Assembly: GCF_009914755.1 (NCBI RefSeq)
Contig: NC_060926.1
Reading direction: 5' to 3' (one strand)
Origin: the human T2T-CHM13v2.0 reference genome, Homo sapiens
Length of the DNA stretch: 64,000 nucleotides
Part shown: piece after piece, positions 32,140 through 47,003 of the stretch
How positions within the stretch are numbered: the stretch's first letter is position 1
How the letters are laid out: each line of letters starts with the position of its first letter
Made by a program: the position numbers and the translations under genes
The notes under the pieces: model-generated
What the model was told of the DNA's origin: nothing
What the model saw: only the letters and a program-made list of their open reading frames with translations
The model's database searches: none

Positions 32140-32361
32140 ATCATGGCTCACTGCAGCCTCAACCTCCCAGTCCTCAAGCAATCCTCCTGCCTCAGCTTCC
32201 TCAGTAGCTGGGACCACAGACAAAAGCCATCACACTCGGCTAATTTTTACATTTTTTGTAGAGATGGAGTCTTACTTTGTTGCCCAGGCTCATTTCAAGG
32301 GATCCTCCTGCCTCAACTTCCCAAAGTGTTGGGATTATGGGCATGAGTCACCACACACAGC
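32140..32361 (-). mobile_element. AluJ fragment
   Basis: atcatggctcactgcagcctc...ttgggattat..gcatgagtcacc. Confidence 0.85.
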
Positions 32362-33317
32362 AGGATATTTTATAGCAAGTAAAATTTAGGATAAAGTAGT
32401 AACATAATGACACTCTTCACCAGAAATTCCTGCCGAGCCCTTCAGATCTCTCGTCACCTTTACTGCTACCATCCCTGCTCCCAGCTCTAACAGTCCCTGT
32501 CCCCTCCTCATTCCCTCAGTCTCCTCCACTCTTCTCCATCCTTCGTGCATCTGGACCTGTATTCATCAGACCAAACACTACACGTGCCCACTCCTTGGTT
32601 CAATCCAACATCCACCTTCCCTATTAACACAGCGAATACCTTTCTCCCCCATTAAATTCCTATCTTCTTTTCAGACCAACTCCAACACCGCTTCTTGTGA
32701 GAATCCTTTCCAGAATCCCTCATCTGAATGTGCTGTTTTTACCCCAGTGCTATCATAGCACTGTGTTCACACCTCCATGAATGCATGAGTAACACTACTG
32801 ATTCTCATCACTTGTCTGGGTCCTTCAGAGATGCACCATGAGAAAGACTCCTTTTTAAAAAGCTGCTGACCCGACAACTGAAATAGTTGTGTACCAATAT
32901 GTGCACCAAAATACAGGAAAGACAGGTAAATGCTGAAATGTTGTACTTCTGGAGTTTGTTACACAGGTGTGCCCCTTTGTGACAACTCATAGAGCTGTAC
33001 ACTTATGATTTGTGCACTTTTTACATCTTTCTTATACTTAAAACATTACTTAAGAGAAACTGCTCTGAATGCAATAAATATCTAAACCTGCTGAACTGAA
33101 GACGGATTCACACGCCAACCCCTCATCTTGGTTAGAAAATCATATTATCTCATCTCAACTGTGGAGGGAAGACAAAACCCTGACATGTGAACATTTACTA
33201 TTATTTAAGCTGGAAACAAACTTTACCAAATGAATACTGACTATAATTTGCTTTAAGTTACTTTCTAGCTTCCTAGTGGAAATACACAGAACAGAGCTTC
33301 TTAAAAAATGCCCTTTT

Positions 33318-33647
33318 GGGCCAGGCACAGTGGCTCATGCCTGTAATCCCAGCACTTTAGCAAGCTGAGGTGGGAGGATTGCTTGAGCTCAGGAGTTTGA
33401 GAGCAGCCTTGGCAACACTGTGAGACCTCACCTCTACTAAAAATACATTTTTAAAAAATTAGCCTGGTGTGATGGCACACACCTGTAGTCCCAGCTAGTC
33501 AAGAGGTTAAGGTGGGAGGATTGCTTGAGCCCAGAGGCTGCAGTGAGCCTGGAGATGGAGGATGCAGTGGGCCGAGATCACACCACAGCACTCCAGCCTG
33601 GGCAACAGGGCAAGATCATGTCTCAAAAAAAAAAAAAAAAAAAAAAA
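33318..33647 (+). mobile_element. AluJ with small internal duplication
   Basis: gaggctgcagtgagcc..gaggatgcagtgggcc repeated. Confidence 0.9.
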
Positions 33648-33889
33648 GCCGTTTATCTTTAGGTTTTGAAAAGTAAATATTAATAGACATGCAAAATATA
33701 CTTCAGCAAAAAAAGATACAGAATCTACTTTTCCCAAATAAGTTATTTAAATCTAAATGTTAATCAAATCAACTCTATCCCCAGACTTTCATGTTTACAA
33801 CATAATTGGCAACTAGAGTTTTCTCCCAAAAACTAAATTCTTGCTTTACCGTGGTTTGAATAAAAAAATTAAGGCTAAATCTAATCTTA

Positions 33890-34049
<160 letters not shown>

Positions 34050-34522
34050 GAAATCCAGGAAGCATAAATCAGAAAATAGTGAGACTGAACACCTACAAGG
34101 GATGGATGGGTAGAAACAAGGAAGGAATAGAAATGGGACAGGAGGAATGAGAAGAGACACATCTCTCAGCATACCTTTTTTACTGTTCTGACTCAGAACC
34201 AACATGTTTCACATATCCAAAATGTAAATAATTGCAATTAGCATGACATGGGAGAAACCCAAAACAGAATACAAACAGTAATATATTGACCTAACAGATT
34301 ATAAATAAATAACATAACCACACGGAAGAGGAAGTGACTAAAATGTAACCTAAGTAACTTTAGAAAATAGCATCTGTATATTACAAGACTAAATACAAAA
34401 AGAACTGTGCACAAATATTGAACCCTAGTAAATTTACTTTTCATTTGTGTATGGGTTAGAATTCTGAAACTACTGTACATATATACTGGGATTGAGCATA
34501 AGCAACTATATTGGGATAGTAA

Positions 34523-34960
<438 letters not shown>

Positions 34961-35365
34961 TGAGGATGCTATGCACGCACACATGTATCCCCTTGCTCTG
35001 TGCACTGAGAGGGACTGGAAAGATGATGCCACGGTAGGAATGAGCACAGCAAGACTCTATTCTCCAAAGGAACTACAGGCTCCTTGGAAAAATGATTGCT
35101 TCCAGGACAGGGGTAGAGAAAATACAGGACAAGCCTGGAGCATGCTATGGCACCAGAAAGGAAAAAATGGCTCTAAAAATGATGGAGACTAGATAGAGGT
35201 GGTAGTTGCACAACATTGTGAATGTACTAAATTGTTTATTTTAAAAGGGTTAATTTCGTTATGTTAATTTCACCTCAATAAATTTGAAAAAAATGATAGG
35301 GGCACAACAAAAGGCTCAGAAGCCAACTTGAGGAAGCTCCTAATGGCCACCTCTGAGACAATTTA

Positions 35366-35777
<412 letters not shown>

Positions 35778-35899
35778 GAAATGAGGGAGAAGAGACATCT
35801 CTTCCTTACAGTGGAATTCCAATTAACTAATAAGTACAGAATGAATGATGGAAACAGAAAGTTACATTTGGAAAACACCACAGTAAGAATTGCTGCAGG

Positions 35900-36238
35900 T
35901 AGTCATAAAAAAAGAACGAGATCATGTCCTCTGCAGGGACACAGATGGAGCTGGAGGCCATTATCCTTAGCAAACTAATGCAGGAACAGAAAACCAAATA
36001 CCCCATGTCCTCATAAGTGGCAGCTAAATGAGAACACATGGACACACAGAGGGAAACAACACACACTGGGGCCTTTTGGAGGGTGGAGGGTGTGAGGAGG
36101 GAGAGGATCAGAAAAAATAATTAATGGGTATAATACCTGGGTGATGAAATAATCTTTACAACAAACCCCGTAACACAAGTTTACCTATGCAACAGATCTG
36201 CACTTGTACCTTTGAACTTAAAATAAAAGTTTAAAAAA
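35900..36238 (+). mobile_element. 5'-truncated primate L1 (L1PA/PB) 3' end
   Basis: gagatcatgtcctctgcagggacacagatggagctggaggccattatccttagcaaacta...aataaaag; flanked by repeated aattgctgcagg (TSD-like). Confidence 0.85.
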
Positions 36239-36474
36239 ATTGCTGCAGGCAAAAATCATCAAAGGATGTTAACGTTTGTAGGTAAAAGTATGATAAGAAA
36301 CAGGATATTGGCTTCCACAAAATGCTTATTAATTACAATGGCAAAAATAGTAACTTTACAATGGAAAAGCCTGTCAGACACCACTTCAACCAAGTGATCG
36401 AAGCAAACATCACCAGTAACAAGACACATCAACATCACACACCTCCTGATATAATGTGCTAACTGAAGAATACA

Positions 36475-37072
36475 GCCAGGGTGCGGTGGCTCATGCCTGT
36501 AATTCTAGCAGTTTGGGAGGCTGAGGCAGGAGGATCACTTGAGCCCAGGAGTTCGAGACCAGCCTGGACAACACAGTGAGACCCTGTCTCTACAAAAAAT
36601 TTTTGCAATTAGCCGGGCATGGTAGTGCATGCCTGTGGGCCTTCCCTCAACTTCAGAAGCTGAGGTGAGGGTGACTGATTGGGCCCAGGAAGTCAAGGCT
36701 GCAGTGAACCATGATCACACTACTTCGCTCCAGCCTGTGTGACAGAGTGAGACCCAGTTTCAAAAAACAAGGTAGCTGGGCGTGGTGGCTCACGCCTGTA
36801 ATCCTAACACTTTGGGAGGCCAAGGCGGGTAGATCACCTGAGGTCAGGAGTTTGAGACCAGCCTGGACAACATAGAGAAACTCTGTCTCTACTAAAAATA
36901 CAAAACTTAGCTGGGTGTGGTGGGGTGCACCTGTAATCCCAGCTTCTCAGGAGGCTGAGGCAGGAGAATTGCTTGAACCCAGTGGGCAGAGGTTGCGGTG
37001 AGCCAAGATTGTCGATTGCACCACTGCACTCCAGCCTGGGCTACAGAGCGAAACTCCATCTCAGAAAAGAAA
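36475..37072 (+). mobile_element. Tandem AluJ + AluS
   Basis: Two head-to-tail dimers, ~36475-36770 and ~36774-37072. Confidence 0.92.
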
Positions 37073-37122
37073 GGACATAACATCAACATCATTTCTGTGG
37101 TATTCTTGCCAAAAATGCATTA

Positions 37123-37448
37123 GAGTTGTCCCTTGCTATCCATGGGGGATAGGTTCCAGTATCTTTGAGGATACCAAAATCTGCAGATGCTCAAGTCTCT
37201 GATATATGACACAGTATTTACATATGACCTACACACAGCCTCTTGTATACTTTAAATCATCTCTAGATTACTTAAAATATCTAATACAATGTAAATGCTA
37301 GATAAATAGTTGTTATACTGTGTTTTTTAGGGAATAATGACCAAAAAAAACCAGTTTGTATATGTTCAGTACAGACACAAACACTGTGGACCTAACCACA
37401 TTTTCCATCTGTGGTTGGCTGAATCTGTGTATACAGAGGGCCGACGGT
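37123..37448 (+). mobile_element. MER2 (Tigger-family MITE)
   Basis: gttgtcccttgctatccatggggga...ctttaaatcatctctagattactt...atacagagggccgacgg. Confidence 0.8.
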
Positions 37449-37535
37449 GCCTCAATCTAACCAGATAAATCATCAGGCAAATTCAAATTAAGGGGCATTC
37501 CACAAAAATGTCGAGGACATAAAAGACAAAGAAAG

Positions 37536-37878
<343 letters not shown>

Positions 37879-38559
37879 CTAAACGCACCATGGGATCCTA
37901 GATTGGACTCTGGCACAGAAGGACATTAGTGGGAACTCTGGTGAAATTCAAATAAGGTTTGTAGATTAGTTAATAATTTTAAATCAAAATTAATCTTTTG
38001 GTTTCGAAAATTATACTACTCTGATTATATATAAGTTGTTAATATTGGGGGAGGATAGGTATAAGGGAAATCTGTGTACTATTTTTGTACATTTATTGTA
38101 ACTCTAAAAGTATTTCATAATAAAGTTTTTAAAAACATTTACTGCTGTTCAACTTACTGTTTAATTTACTGTTTTACTGTTCTGCAGCTCTCTCCTCCCT
38201 CCTCTCCTACACTACGGCAAGGATATTCCTCTAACATGTTCTAATGCTAATGCATCCCAGACCACAAACAGTGCCTGGCATGCCGAAGGCACTCAAAAAA
38301 CACAGGTCGACAATTTTGGTAAGCCAGAATGATGACGGCGTATTCCAAGTCCTAGACTTAGTATTAATTTTCCTTATATCGTATTTGAAAGCAGCTTTGC
38401 TTATTCTGTAAAGAAAAACAAATCTAAAAACTTTTATTCACTGTTTATTTACAAATAAGAATCATAGTTTCCAATAAAATGCTTCGTCTGGTGTTTCTGT
38501 TATAGCTAACAGGATATGAATCTGATCTTTTCTTGCAGTAAGTGTTTTCTCAGAATATA

Positions 38560-38734
38560 CTGTAGTCTACTGATTCAAAGGTACACATTTTCTCCCATAT
38601 TTCAACATCTGAAATCAAGGTGACTCTTACACGTGATGGCATGTCAGTTTAATCAGCAGCTGCTTTTCCTGCTTAGCAGTACTTTACAATCATGGTGCAT
38701 CTAATGGTGTATTAAATTTGATGAAATCTGGTAA
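38560..38734. mobile_element. MER104-like Tc2 MITE
   Basis: acatctgaaatcaag..tcttac and ggtgcatc..tttgatgaaatctgg motifs. Confidence 0.45.
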
Positions 38735-40077
38735 TGAATAAAGCATTTTCAAAATATTTTTGGAGCTCCACTTCCAACGCAACAGCATAAGCTCTGCTGA
38801 TCCCCTGTGAAGTGAAACTAGTGAAAATTATTGTTTTAAAAACCTCTTAACAGGACCTGAAAACTGTCTCAAGGACAAATAGCACATGAATAAATGCCTA
38901 TATGAGAAAATCTATAAAAATTCAGTGAGAAAGCTGAGAGCACAGTATTTGAACCAAGATCATTCCCCCCTCTTTTCTCCCCAACCAGTGAGGTAGAGAC
39001 CTCACTCCAGACTACAGCAGCCAAGAACACAGGGCTCCCTTTGCTCTCCAGCTCCAAGCTGCAGGATTTCATCCTGGGAGAAGCAGGACTTCAACTTTTC
39101 TCCTGCTGCCCCCAAATGCCTGTAGCTAAGGTTAAGTCCCAGGCAAGTGCAATTGAGATGTGGGGGCTCTCTTACTCTACCCAACCCCTGCTGATGGAAT
39201 GCAGGCTCTACATTGGGTGCATGCAGTGTGCTGAGAATATTAGGGCCCTGACAGCCCTTCCTGGGCTTGTAAGGCAGTGGTTCCACCCCTGGAATAGCAC
39301 AGCCACAAGAACCTCAACCTCTTGGCCCCTCCACTTAGTGCTCAGCCCCTAGAGTGGGGCTGCCACTCAGAGAAAAACCTGTCATTATCCTCAGTCCCAC
39401 CTCAAGACTCAGAAATCCTGCCTGGTACCATAAAACAGTTCCTGATCTCTTCCCAAAGAAGGGGCTTCATTTGCAACAGCGCCTGGAGAATTTTGGGCTT
39501 GTGGTGAGAGAATGGGGAGAATTGTGGATCTAGTGAAGATACGGCCTAGAGTGTGGGAGCTAGCTTGCAGGAGAGAACCTGCAAAAGAGGTGGAAAGGAG
39601 TCCTCCTGGGGTCAGAAAAATATCGGACACTGACCTTAGAAACTATTTCTTCAAAGGAATCACAATTTTATCATAGAATACATTATAGGTGGAAAAGAAA
39701 AAAAAGGAACCACCATTTAGTTTGTAGCAGAATTTATGCCCCAGGGCATTGGTGTAAACAATAAAACAATCAGCTGGTAATTAGTGTAGGAGTCTTAGAA
39801 AGAGTAAAGGGGTATCCCAGGGTGAGTGTGGGCAAACCAAGAGCTGAAGCTGCGGCCAGCCACTAAACAAATAAACCAGCAAATAACAACAGGTGAAGGG
39901 GACCTTAGTACCCCAGGTTGCTAAAATACATTTCTCTAAAATGTCCAGTTTCCAATAAAAAAATTATGAGATGTGCAAAGAAACAGAAAAATACAACCAA
40001 TACACCAAACGGGGAAAAAAAACCAAGCAGGTAACAGAAACTGCCTGTGAGTACAACTAGATGAACTAGATGTTGGA

Positions 40078-40385
40078 TTTATTTATTTATTTTTATTTTT
40101 TAAGATGGAGTCTAGCTCTGTCACCCAGACTGGAGTACAGTGGGGGCGATCTCGGCTCACTGCAACCTCCGCCTCCTGGGTTCAAGCAATTCTCCTTGCC
40201 TCAGCCTCCCCAGTAGCTGGGATTACAGGTGCCCACCACCACGCCCAGCTAATTTTTTATTTTTAGTAGAGATGGGATTTTGCCATATTGGCTAGGCTGG
40301 TCTCGAACTCCTGACCTCAGGCGATCCACCTGCCTCAGCCTCCCAAAGTGCTGGGATTACAGGCATGAGCCACCATGCCCAGCCA
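40078..40385 (-). mobile_element. AluS (in L1)
   Basis: TSD-like ggatttattt. Confidence 0.94.
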
Positions 40386-40592
40386 GGATTTATTTTTAAA
40401 AGGATTTCAAATCAGCCATTATAAATAAACTCACAGAACTAAAAGAAAATTTAATTGAAGAAGTAAAAGAAGGTATGACAAAGTGGCATCAAATATAAAC
40501 TATTAATAAGAAGAGAGAAATTTTAAGAAAGAACGAAATGGAAATTCTGGAGTTGAAAAGTACAATAGAAGTAAAAATTCACTAGAGGACCT

Positions 40593-41113
40593 TGTGATGG
40601 TTAATTTTATGTGTCAATCTCACGGGGCTAAGGAATGCCCAGACAGCTGATAAAACATTATTTCTGGATATGTCTGTGAAGGTATTTCTAGATGAGATTA
40701 GTATTTGAATCTGTAGACTGAGGAAAGAACATGACCCTCACCAATGTGGGTGGGTATCGTCCAATCTACTAAGAGCCTGAGTAGATCAAAAAGGTGGAGG
40801 AAGGGCAACTTTGTTTCTGGTCTGAGCTAGGATATCCCACCCTCAGACATCAGCCCAGCTGGTCCTCGGGCCTTTGAACTTGAACTGGGACTTTCACCAT
40901 TGGCTCCCTTATCCTCAGGCCTTTGGACTGAGACTGAATTACACCACCAGCTTTCCTGGTTCTCCAGCTTGCAGGCGGCAGATTCTAGGACCTCTCAGCC
41001 TCCATAATCACATGTGCCAGTTCCTATAATAAATCTTGTGTGTGCGTGCACATGTGTTTGAGTGTGTGTGTGTGTGTGTGTGTTCTGTTTCTCTGATGAA
41101 CCCTAACTAATAC
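40593..41113 (+). mobile_element. MLT2 (ERVL) solo LTR inserted in L1, containing a (TG)n repeat
   Basis: TGTGATGGTTAATTTTATGTGTCAA start and ctgtttctctg..aaccctaactaataCA end. Confidence 0.88.
41037..41082. repeat. (TG)n microsatellite, interrupted
   Basis: Direct reading. Confidence 0.9.
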
Positions 41114-43644
41114 ATGCCTCAAGAATAGATTTGTACACAATGGAGAAAGAATTAGCAAACTTGAAGGCAGGTCGGTAGAGATTATATAAGCTCAAGAGGG
41201 AGAAAAAAATGAAAAATGAACACAGCCTCAGAGAAAGGTGGAACACCAATAAGCACACCACCACATGTGTAATGGGAATACCAGAAGGAAAGGAGAGAGA
41301 AAGGAGAAGAAAATAATTCAAAGAAATAATGACTTAATACTTCCCAAATTTACTGAAGAACAATAAGCTATTCATCCAGGAAGCTCAACAGACTCCAAAC
41401 AGGGTCAATAAAAGAGACCCACAAACACATGGTGGAAATGAAAAAAGTCAAACACAAGAAAATCTTGAAAGCTGCAAGAGAAAAATGACATTACTTACAA
41501 GGGAACTTCCATAAGATTAATAGCTGACTTCTCAGCAGAAATAATAGAGGACAAAGGCAATGCAATCACACAGTGTTCAAAACCAACAAAAGTCCTTGTT
41601 AACCAAGAATCCTATGTCCAGAAAAGCTATCTTTCAAAAATAAAGGTGAAATAAAGACATACCTAAATAAACAAAAACTGAGGGAATTCATTGTTAGCAG
41701 ACATGCCTTATAAGAAACACTAAGGGAAATTCTTCAGGCTGAAAGGAAGTTACCCCAGATGGTGGTTCAAATCCACACAAAAAGCAGCAATAATTATGAA
41801 ATTAGAATATACACTATTAATGTATTTTTTTCTTCTTTCTGTTAACGATTTAAAAAGTCAATGGTATAAAATATTTATGTAATTCATTGCTGGGTCTATA
41901 ACGTGTGGAAATATATCAGTAATATAATTGCCAGTAATAGCACAGAGGAGGTAGGTGGAAATAAAACTGTAATGGGCTAAGGAAATAATAACACATAAAA
42001 ATAATAATTATAACAATATATTGTTTGGTTTGCAACATTAACAGATGTAATAAGTACAACAATACCCCCCAAAAGGGTAAAAAGGAACAGACCTACATAG
42101 GAGCAACACTCCTATATATTACTAAAATTAAGCTAGTATAAATCTAAAGCTGATTCTGTTGAGAGACTACTAAAAATACTCAAAAGTAGTGAAAAAGTCA
42201 TTAATGAAATTAAAATGCTATATTAGAATTCAATTAATGCAAAAAAAAAGCAATAAGGGAGGAACACAGGAACAAAAAAGACATAAGGCACAGGAAAAAC
42301 AAAAAATCAGATGACAGAAATGAATCCAGTTATATTAGTAATAGCATTAAGTATGTATGCATATGCAACCCAATCAAAACGCAGAGGGTGTCAGACTGGA
42401 TTTTAAAAAGCATGATCCAATTATATGTTGTTTACAGGAGACACACAGTAAATTCAAAGATAAACAGATTGAAGTAAAAGTATAAGAATGTGTACAGGTC
42501 TCATCACTTTGAAAAAGTCTGGTAATTCCTCAAATGATTAAACATAATAGAGTTATGATAGGACCCAGCAATTCCACTCCTTGGTAAATACCCAAGAAAA
42601 ATAAAAACACATGTCCACACAGAAACATGTACCTGAATGTTTATAGCAGCATTATTCATAATAGCCAAAACGTAGAAACAACCCAAAGTTCACCAGCGGA
42701 TGGATGGATAAACAGTGTGGTACATCCATACAAGGGACTATTATTCAGCTGTAAGAAGGGAGGAAGCACACATCCTTTCTGTGTACGTGAAGCAACCCCA
42801 CTGTGAAGTGATCTGCCACAACACGGGTGAACATTGCATAGATTACACTAAGTGAAAAAAGCCAGTCACAAAAGACCACATACTGTATGATTACATTTAT
42901 CTGAAAATCCAGAATAGGGAAATCTATAGAGACAGAAAAATTAGTGGTTGCCTAACCCCTAGGAGGGGAGGGGAGGGAGGTAGGGATTAGGACAGTAATA
43001 GCTAAAGGGTATAGGATTTCTTTTTGAGGTGATAAAAATGCTCTAAAATTGACTGTGGTGATGGATACATATCTGTGAATATACCAAAAACCGACTGATT
43101 GTACACTTTAAATGGATGAATTGTATAGTATGTAAATTATATCTCAAGCTGTTTAAAACTGTTTAAATACATTTTTGCTGAAGGAATCAATCATGTATCT
43201 AACAAATGTTTACTACATGTTTACTAAGCATCACTGGATCAGGCACTGCAAAAATAATACCAGTCTCTGTCCCCATGGACAGGGACCCGTGACTGCTTCA
43301 TCAATCTCACCCAGGGTCTAGATTGCGCCTGACCACAGCAGGAGGTCCATCAGGAGCCATGCTCCTCCTGGCAAGACAGACACGTAACTACTCCTGCCCC
43401 ACTCTCACAACACCCACCTACAACTGTCCCAATTTGTCCATTCCACATAATTGGAAATCTGCCTCATTTTTATGTGGGAATCCAGTATACCCCGCTGAAA
43501 CTGTTACTCTGTCTTGCACCACAGCTTCCCTGGCAGGATTCCTGAGATACTCCCCAACTTATGCCAATCCCATGGACCAGCTCATGTATTCTTTCAAGTG
43601 GTGAATGAGGACTATGTCAAAGCAGTACTTCTAGGAACTGTACT

Positions 43645-44016
43645 TGTAAGATTCTCCCCAGGGCCTGAAAGCTTAAGGAGATGAATAACTCCTCCCTTCT
43701 CAGGCCCAGTCCCAAGGTGCAACTTGCGCCAGCAGCATGCGCCAGCAAGATAGCAGAAGCAGGAGGAGAGCCGGCCGGAAGACACGTACCCCTGAAGATT
43801 GAGAGAGGGGTCACCTGGGTACAACGTAGCAGTTACGTCAGACTAGGACACTTCTTATTTACAGGAGACTATAAAACCTTTGCCCCATCCTTGCTTGGGG
43901 CTGACACCATTTTAGGCCTCAGCCTGCCTGCTCATTAAAACAGCATGTTGCTCCACACCTCCTCGTGTTGTCTGTTGGTGCGCTGTTGGGGTTTGAATCC
44001 ATACAAGAACCTTGCA
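43645..44016 (+). mobile_element. ERVK-class solo LTR (LTR3/HML-6-like)
   Basis: TGTAAGATTCT...AGAACCTTGCA terminal inverted repeat; TSD GTACT (43640-43644, 44017-44021); TATAAAA 43870-43876; ATTAAA 43934-43939. Confidence 0.8.
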
Positions 44017-44269
44017 GTACTGTGATTACCAGCTAAACACTGAGAGGGCCTGAGTCCTATGTGCTGGTATTAACGAGCATCTCACAATTCCAAAGGATGA
44101 ATACTCTACTCCCCTTCAGAACTTGTAGCTGCACACGCAGGTCCCTGGACCTGATATGCCCAGTGTTCCCCACTCTGCCTGGCTTGGCCTTCACATTCAT
44201 CCTTCATATTCTACCTCCTGTGTAAAGCACCTGAAGAATTAGTAGCCTCTGCTTCTGCTTTTCTGAGCA

Positions 44270-44640
44270 ACAGACCAATAGCTAGGAGCATAAGCTCTTG
44301 AATGAGGCTGCCTGAATTCAAACTTTAACTCCACTACTTAACATATGACCTTGGTAAGTTTCTCAGTCACTCTGCCTTGGTTTCTCCATTTACAGAAAGG
44401 GGATAATATCTCCAATTGTTGTTATGAGGATTAAAATACATATAATACACTTACAGGCAAGCACTGTTATTGTTTCTATCTAACTCTATCTGATGGTAAA
44501 TTTGTTTACATGCATCTTTCCCTGACCAGTCCCTGAGCTGCTCAAAGGCATAAAATTACTTATTGCTTTTCTTATTAATAGCATATAATATAGGGCTAGG
44601 TGCAAGATAGGTACATGTAAGGGACCCATGAATGAATGAA
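44270..44640. mobile_element. MIR and L2 fragments
   Basis: tgaccttggtaagtttctcagtcactctgccttggtttctccattt (MIR core); atgaatgaatga (L2 tail). Confidence 0.6.
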
Positions 44641-45348
44641 AAAACAACAAAAAAAAACCATTAGTTTAGCAACATCAAAGCTTATAGAAACCACACTTTC
44701 AAAATAAAAATCAGAGCACGTGGTTTATGGGTATATTAGAATTGAGTCTCTCAAATCAGGACTTCTCTGGAAAACCCAGGCTGTCTGACTGCCAGAACTA
44801 TCTAGAAAGAATCCAAATGCCCAACAGTTTGAGTGGCTACAGAAACGATAACATTTAACACAGAAGATTTTATGTAACCATAACCAGAAACCTGTGTTGA
44901 TACCTGGAAGAGTCTGGAAAAAACACCAAGTAGAAAATCAGAGCAGAAGTTTGCAAAGAAGAATTATGGAGCTATTCAGAGAATGATGATCAAAGTTAAC
45001 AGACTGTATGTGTGCATCTAACACTGCGTGGAGAAAGAATCTTTATTTTTTTAATTAATTTTCATTCTAAAGACAGCTTAATAATTATGCTTATTATAAG
45101 GCCTTTACATAAGAAACAAGGAAAATTAAATGGAGATTCCAAGACTTGCCATCTTTCAAATAAGGCACAGTGAGAAGGGTCAAGTTTCTCCACTACTATA
45201 ATTCTCTGAATAGGTAAGTTTCCTACAAAAAAAAAAAACCCATATACTTTTCTGCTCATCAACCCTCTTATTTCATAAACAGACTTTTAATAGCCAGTCA
45301 TTTGTTTTGTTCATGTCAGGGACAATCAATAGTTTGATTAACTATTCA

Positions 45349-45529
<181 letters not shown>

Positions 45530-46674
45530 GCACCTCCTGATTAAGCCTTCTCATTTAGTACAATAAAAACATGAATTCTAAAATGTACATATTTGTATAT
45601 AAAGCAAAAAGGACCTTAGCAAGTTTTTCATTCATTTTCCCCCAAGAGTTCCCCCAAAATTAGAGCCCAACTCAGAGAAAGACAAAGAAGGGGAAAAGAC
45701 TCTACTTGCTCAAAGCACAGAGCATGTTTTCACTTATATCAGATTTTTAACATATACATGCACATACAGATATATACATATGCAATATGTATATATAGAC
45801 ATGGATGTAAACACACATCAGAAAAAAATAAGGTTACAAAGCAATCTTTTCAGTTGTCTTCATGAGTCAATAAAACAACATCAGCAACAGCAGCTTCAAA
45901 TAGCCCAGGTGATGACAGATATTCTAACAAACCAAATATGCAACCACCTCAACATTTCCATCTTTCTTCTCATCATCAACATTCCTTAGATTAATCAAAG
46001 GAAAGGAGACAAGTAAGAAGTATGGGTAGGAATTTACTTCAAGTAGTTTCTCTTAAAAAAAAAAAAAAGCAAATAAATCCATTATCCTAAAATTATATAA
46101 ACACGGTTCAACAGTCTAAACATAATTAATTTTTAAAAAATGTTTTAATATTCCAATCAGAATTTCTACTTATCCCTTCTTAAATACTTTTGCCTAAGGA
46201 GTAATCTGTCAATGCATGCAGTTTAAATCATTAACTACATAGCACCCAATCATTAGCATAATTAGCATGTAAATCTCACGAAGGCACTAATTGTGTCCTT
46301 TTAAGTGTTTTATGCAACACTCGGTACAAGGAAGCTTATTAAACACTTAATTATGTTTAGTAAAAAGAACAAAATGCCAAAACGAAAGTCTTTATTATTC
46401 AACTTGGCTGTCTTTTAGAATATAAAACACTGATCAGTATCTGTTTCTCCAAGTACAATTATAAGAAACTGAAAACAAAACAAGCCCCACTGGAATTAGA
46501 AATTCTGTGTCCTCTGTCCAAGAATACTGTTTCATTTTTATATCAGAAAGAAACTGCCAGCAGATAGCATGTAACATGCAGATTGCCAGGGTATTTGACC
46601 TAAGCATTTAGGCACCTTAACCAAGCAAAAACCCTAGTACATTTCATGCACATTTTCCGAGTCATTTTCCTTAC

Positions 46675-46768
46675 CTTTCCCATTTTGCCATGTAGTATAC
46701 CAAGACAAAGTAAGGAAGGAAGTGATAAATGCTAAAGCAGTGGCTACAGTTCCATTGCGGAGCCTCAT
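46675..46768 (-). CDS. MGAT4A: MGAT4A first coding segment (exon 2): N-terminal tail and type II transmembrane anchor of alpha-1,3-mannosyl-glycoprotein 4-beta-N-acetylglucosaminyltransferase A
   Basis: Minus strand from ATG at 46768 reads [31 protein letters not shown] plus 1 nt (94 nt), then donor AAG|GTAAGG. Matches the recalled N-terminus of human GnT-IVa. Too short for the ORF track. Confidence 0.96.
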
Positions 46769-47003
46769 CTCATTTCACCATCACACTGGTCCATATGTTT
46801 ATGATGACAACAACCAGGACTGTTTTCTTTTTACCCTGAAAGTCAACTGAATGCAGTACTCCTGGCTCTAGGCCAATAAAAATCAATAAGAGAGGTTCAT
46901 TTCAGATGATCTGCAGGAGGAGCCTAGCAGCAATGCTGTTCACAACTGTACTCGGGATCGTCTTTGCGGTCTTCACACGCTGATGCCTCGGCCTTTTCCC
47001 TTC
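46675..47003 (-). other. MGAT4A: MGAT4A exon 2 (329 nt: 235 nt 5'UTR + 94 nt CDS)
   Basis: Acceptor ctttctcttttcccctgaatAG|GAAGGG (AG at 47005-47004); donor GT at 46674-46673. Confidence 0.9.

Larger units (their letters stand above)
38762..43170 (+). mobile_element. Old L1 (5'UTR, ORF1, ORF2 start, then 3' end), interrupted by Alu and MLT2
   Basis: ORF2 endonuclease remnant at ~42330-42450 (PIK...SDWI...HDPIICCLQETH-like); L1MB-like 3'UTR at 42500-43170. Confidence 0.8.
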
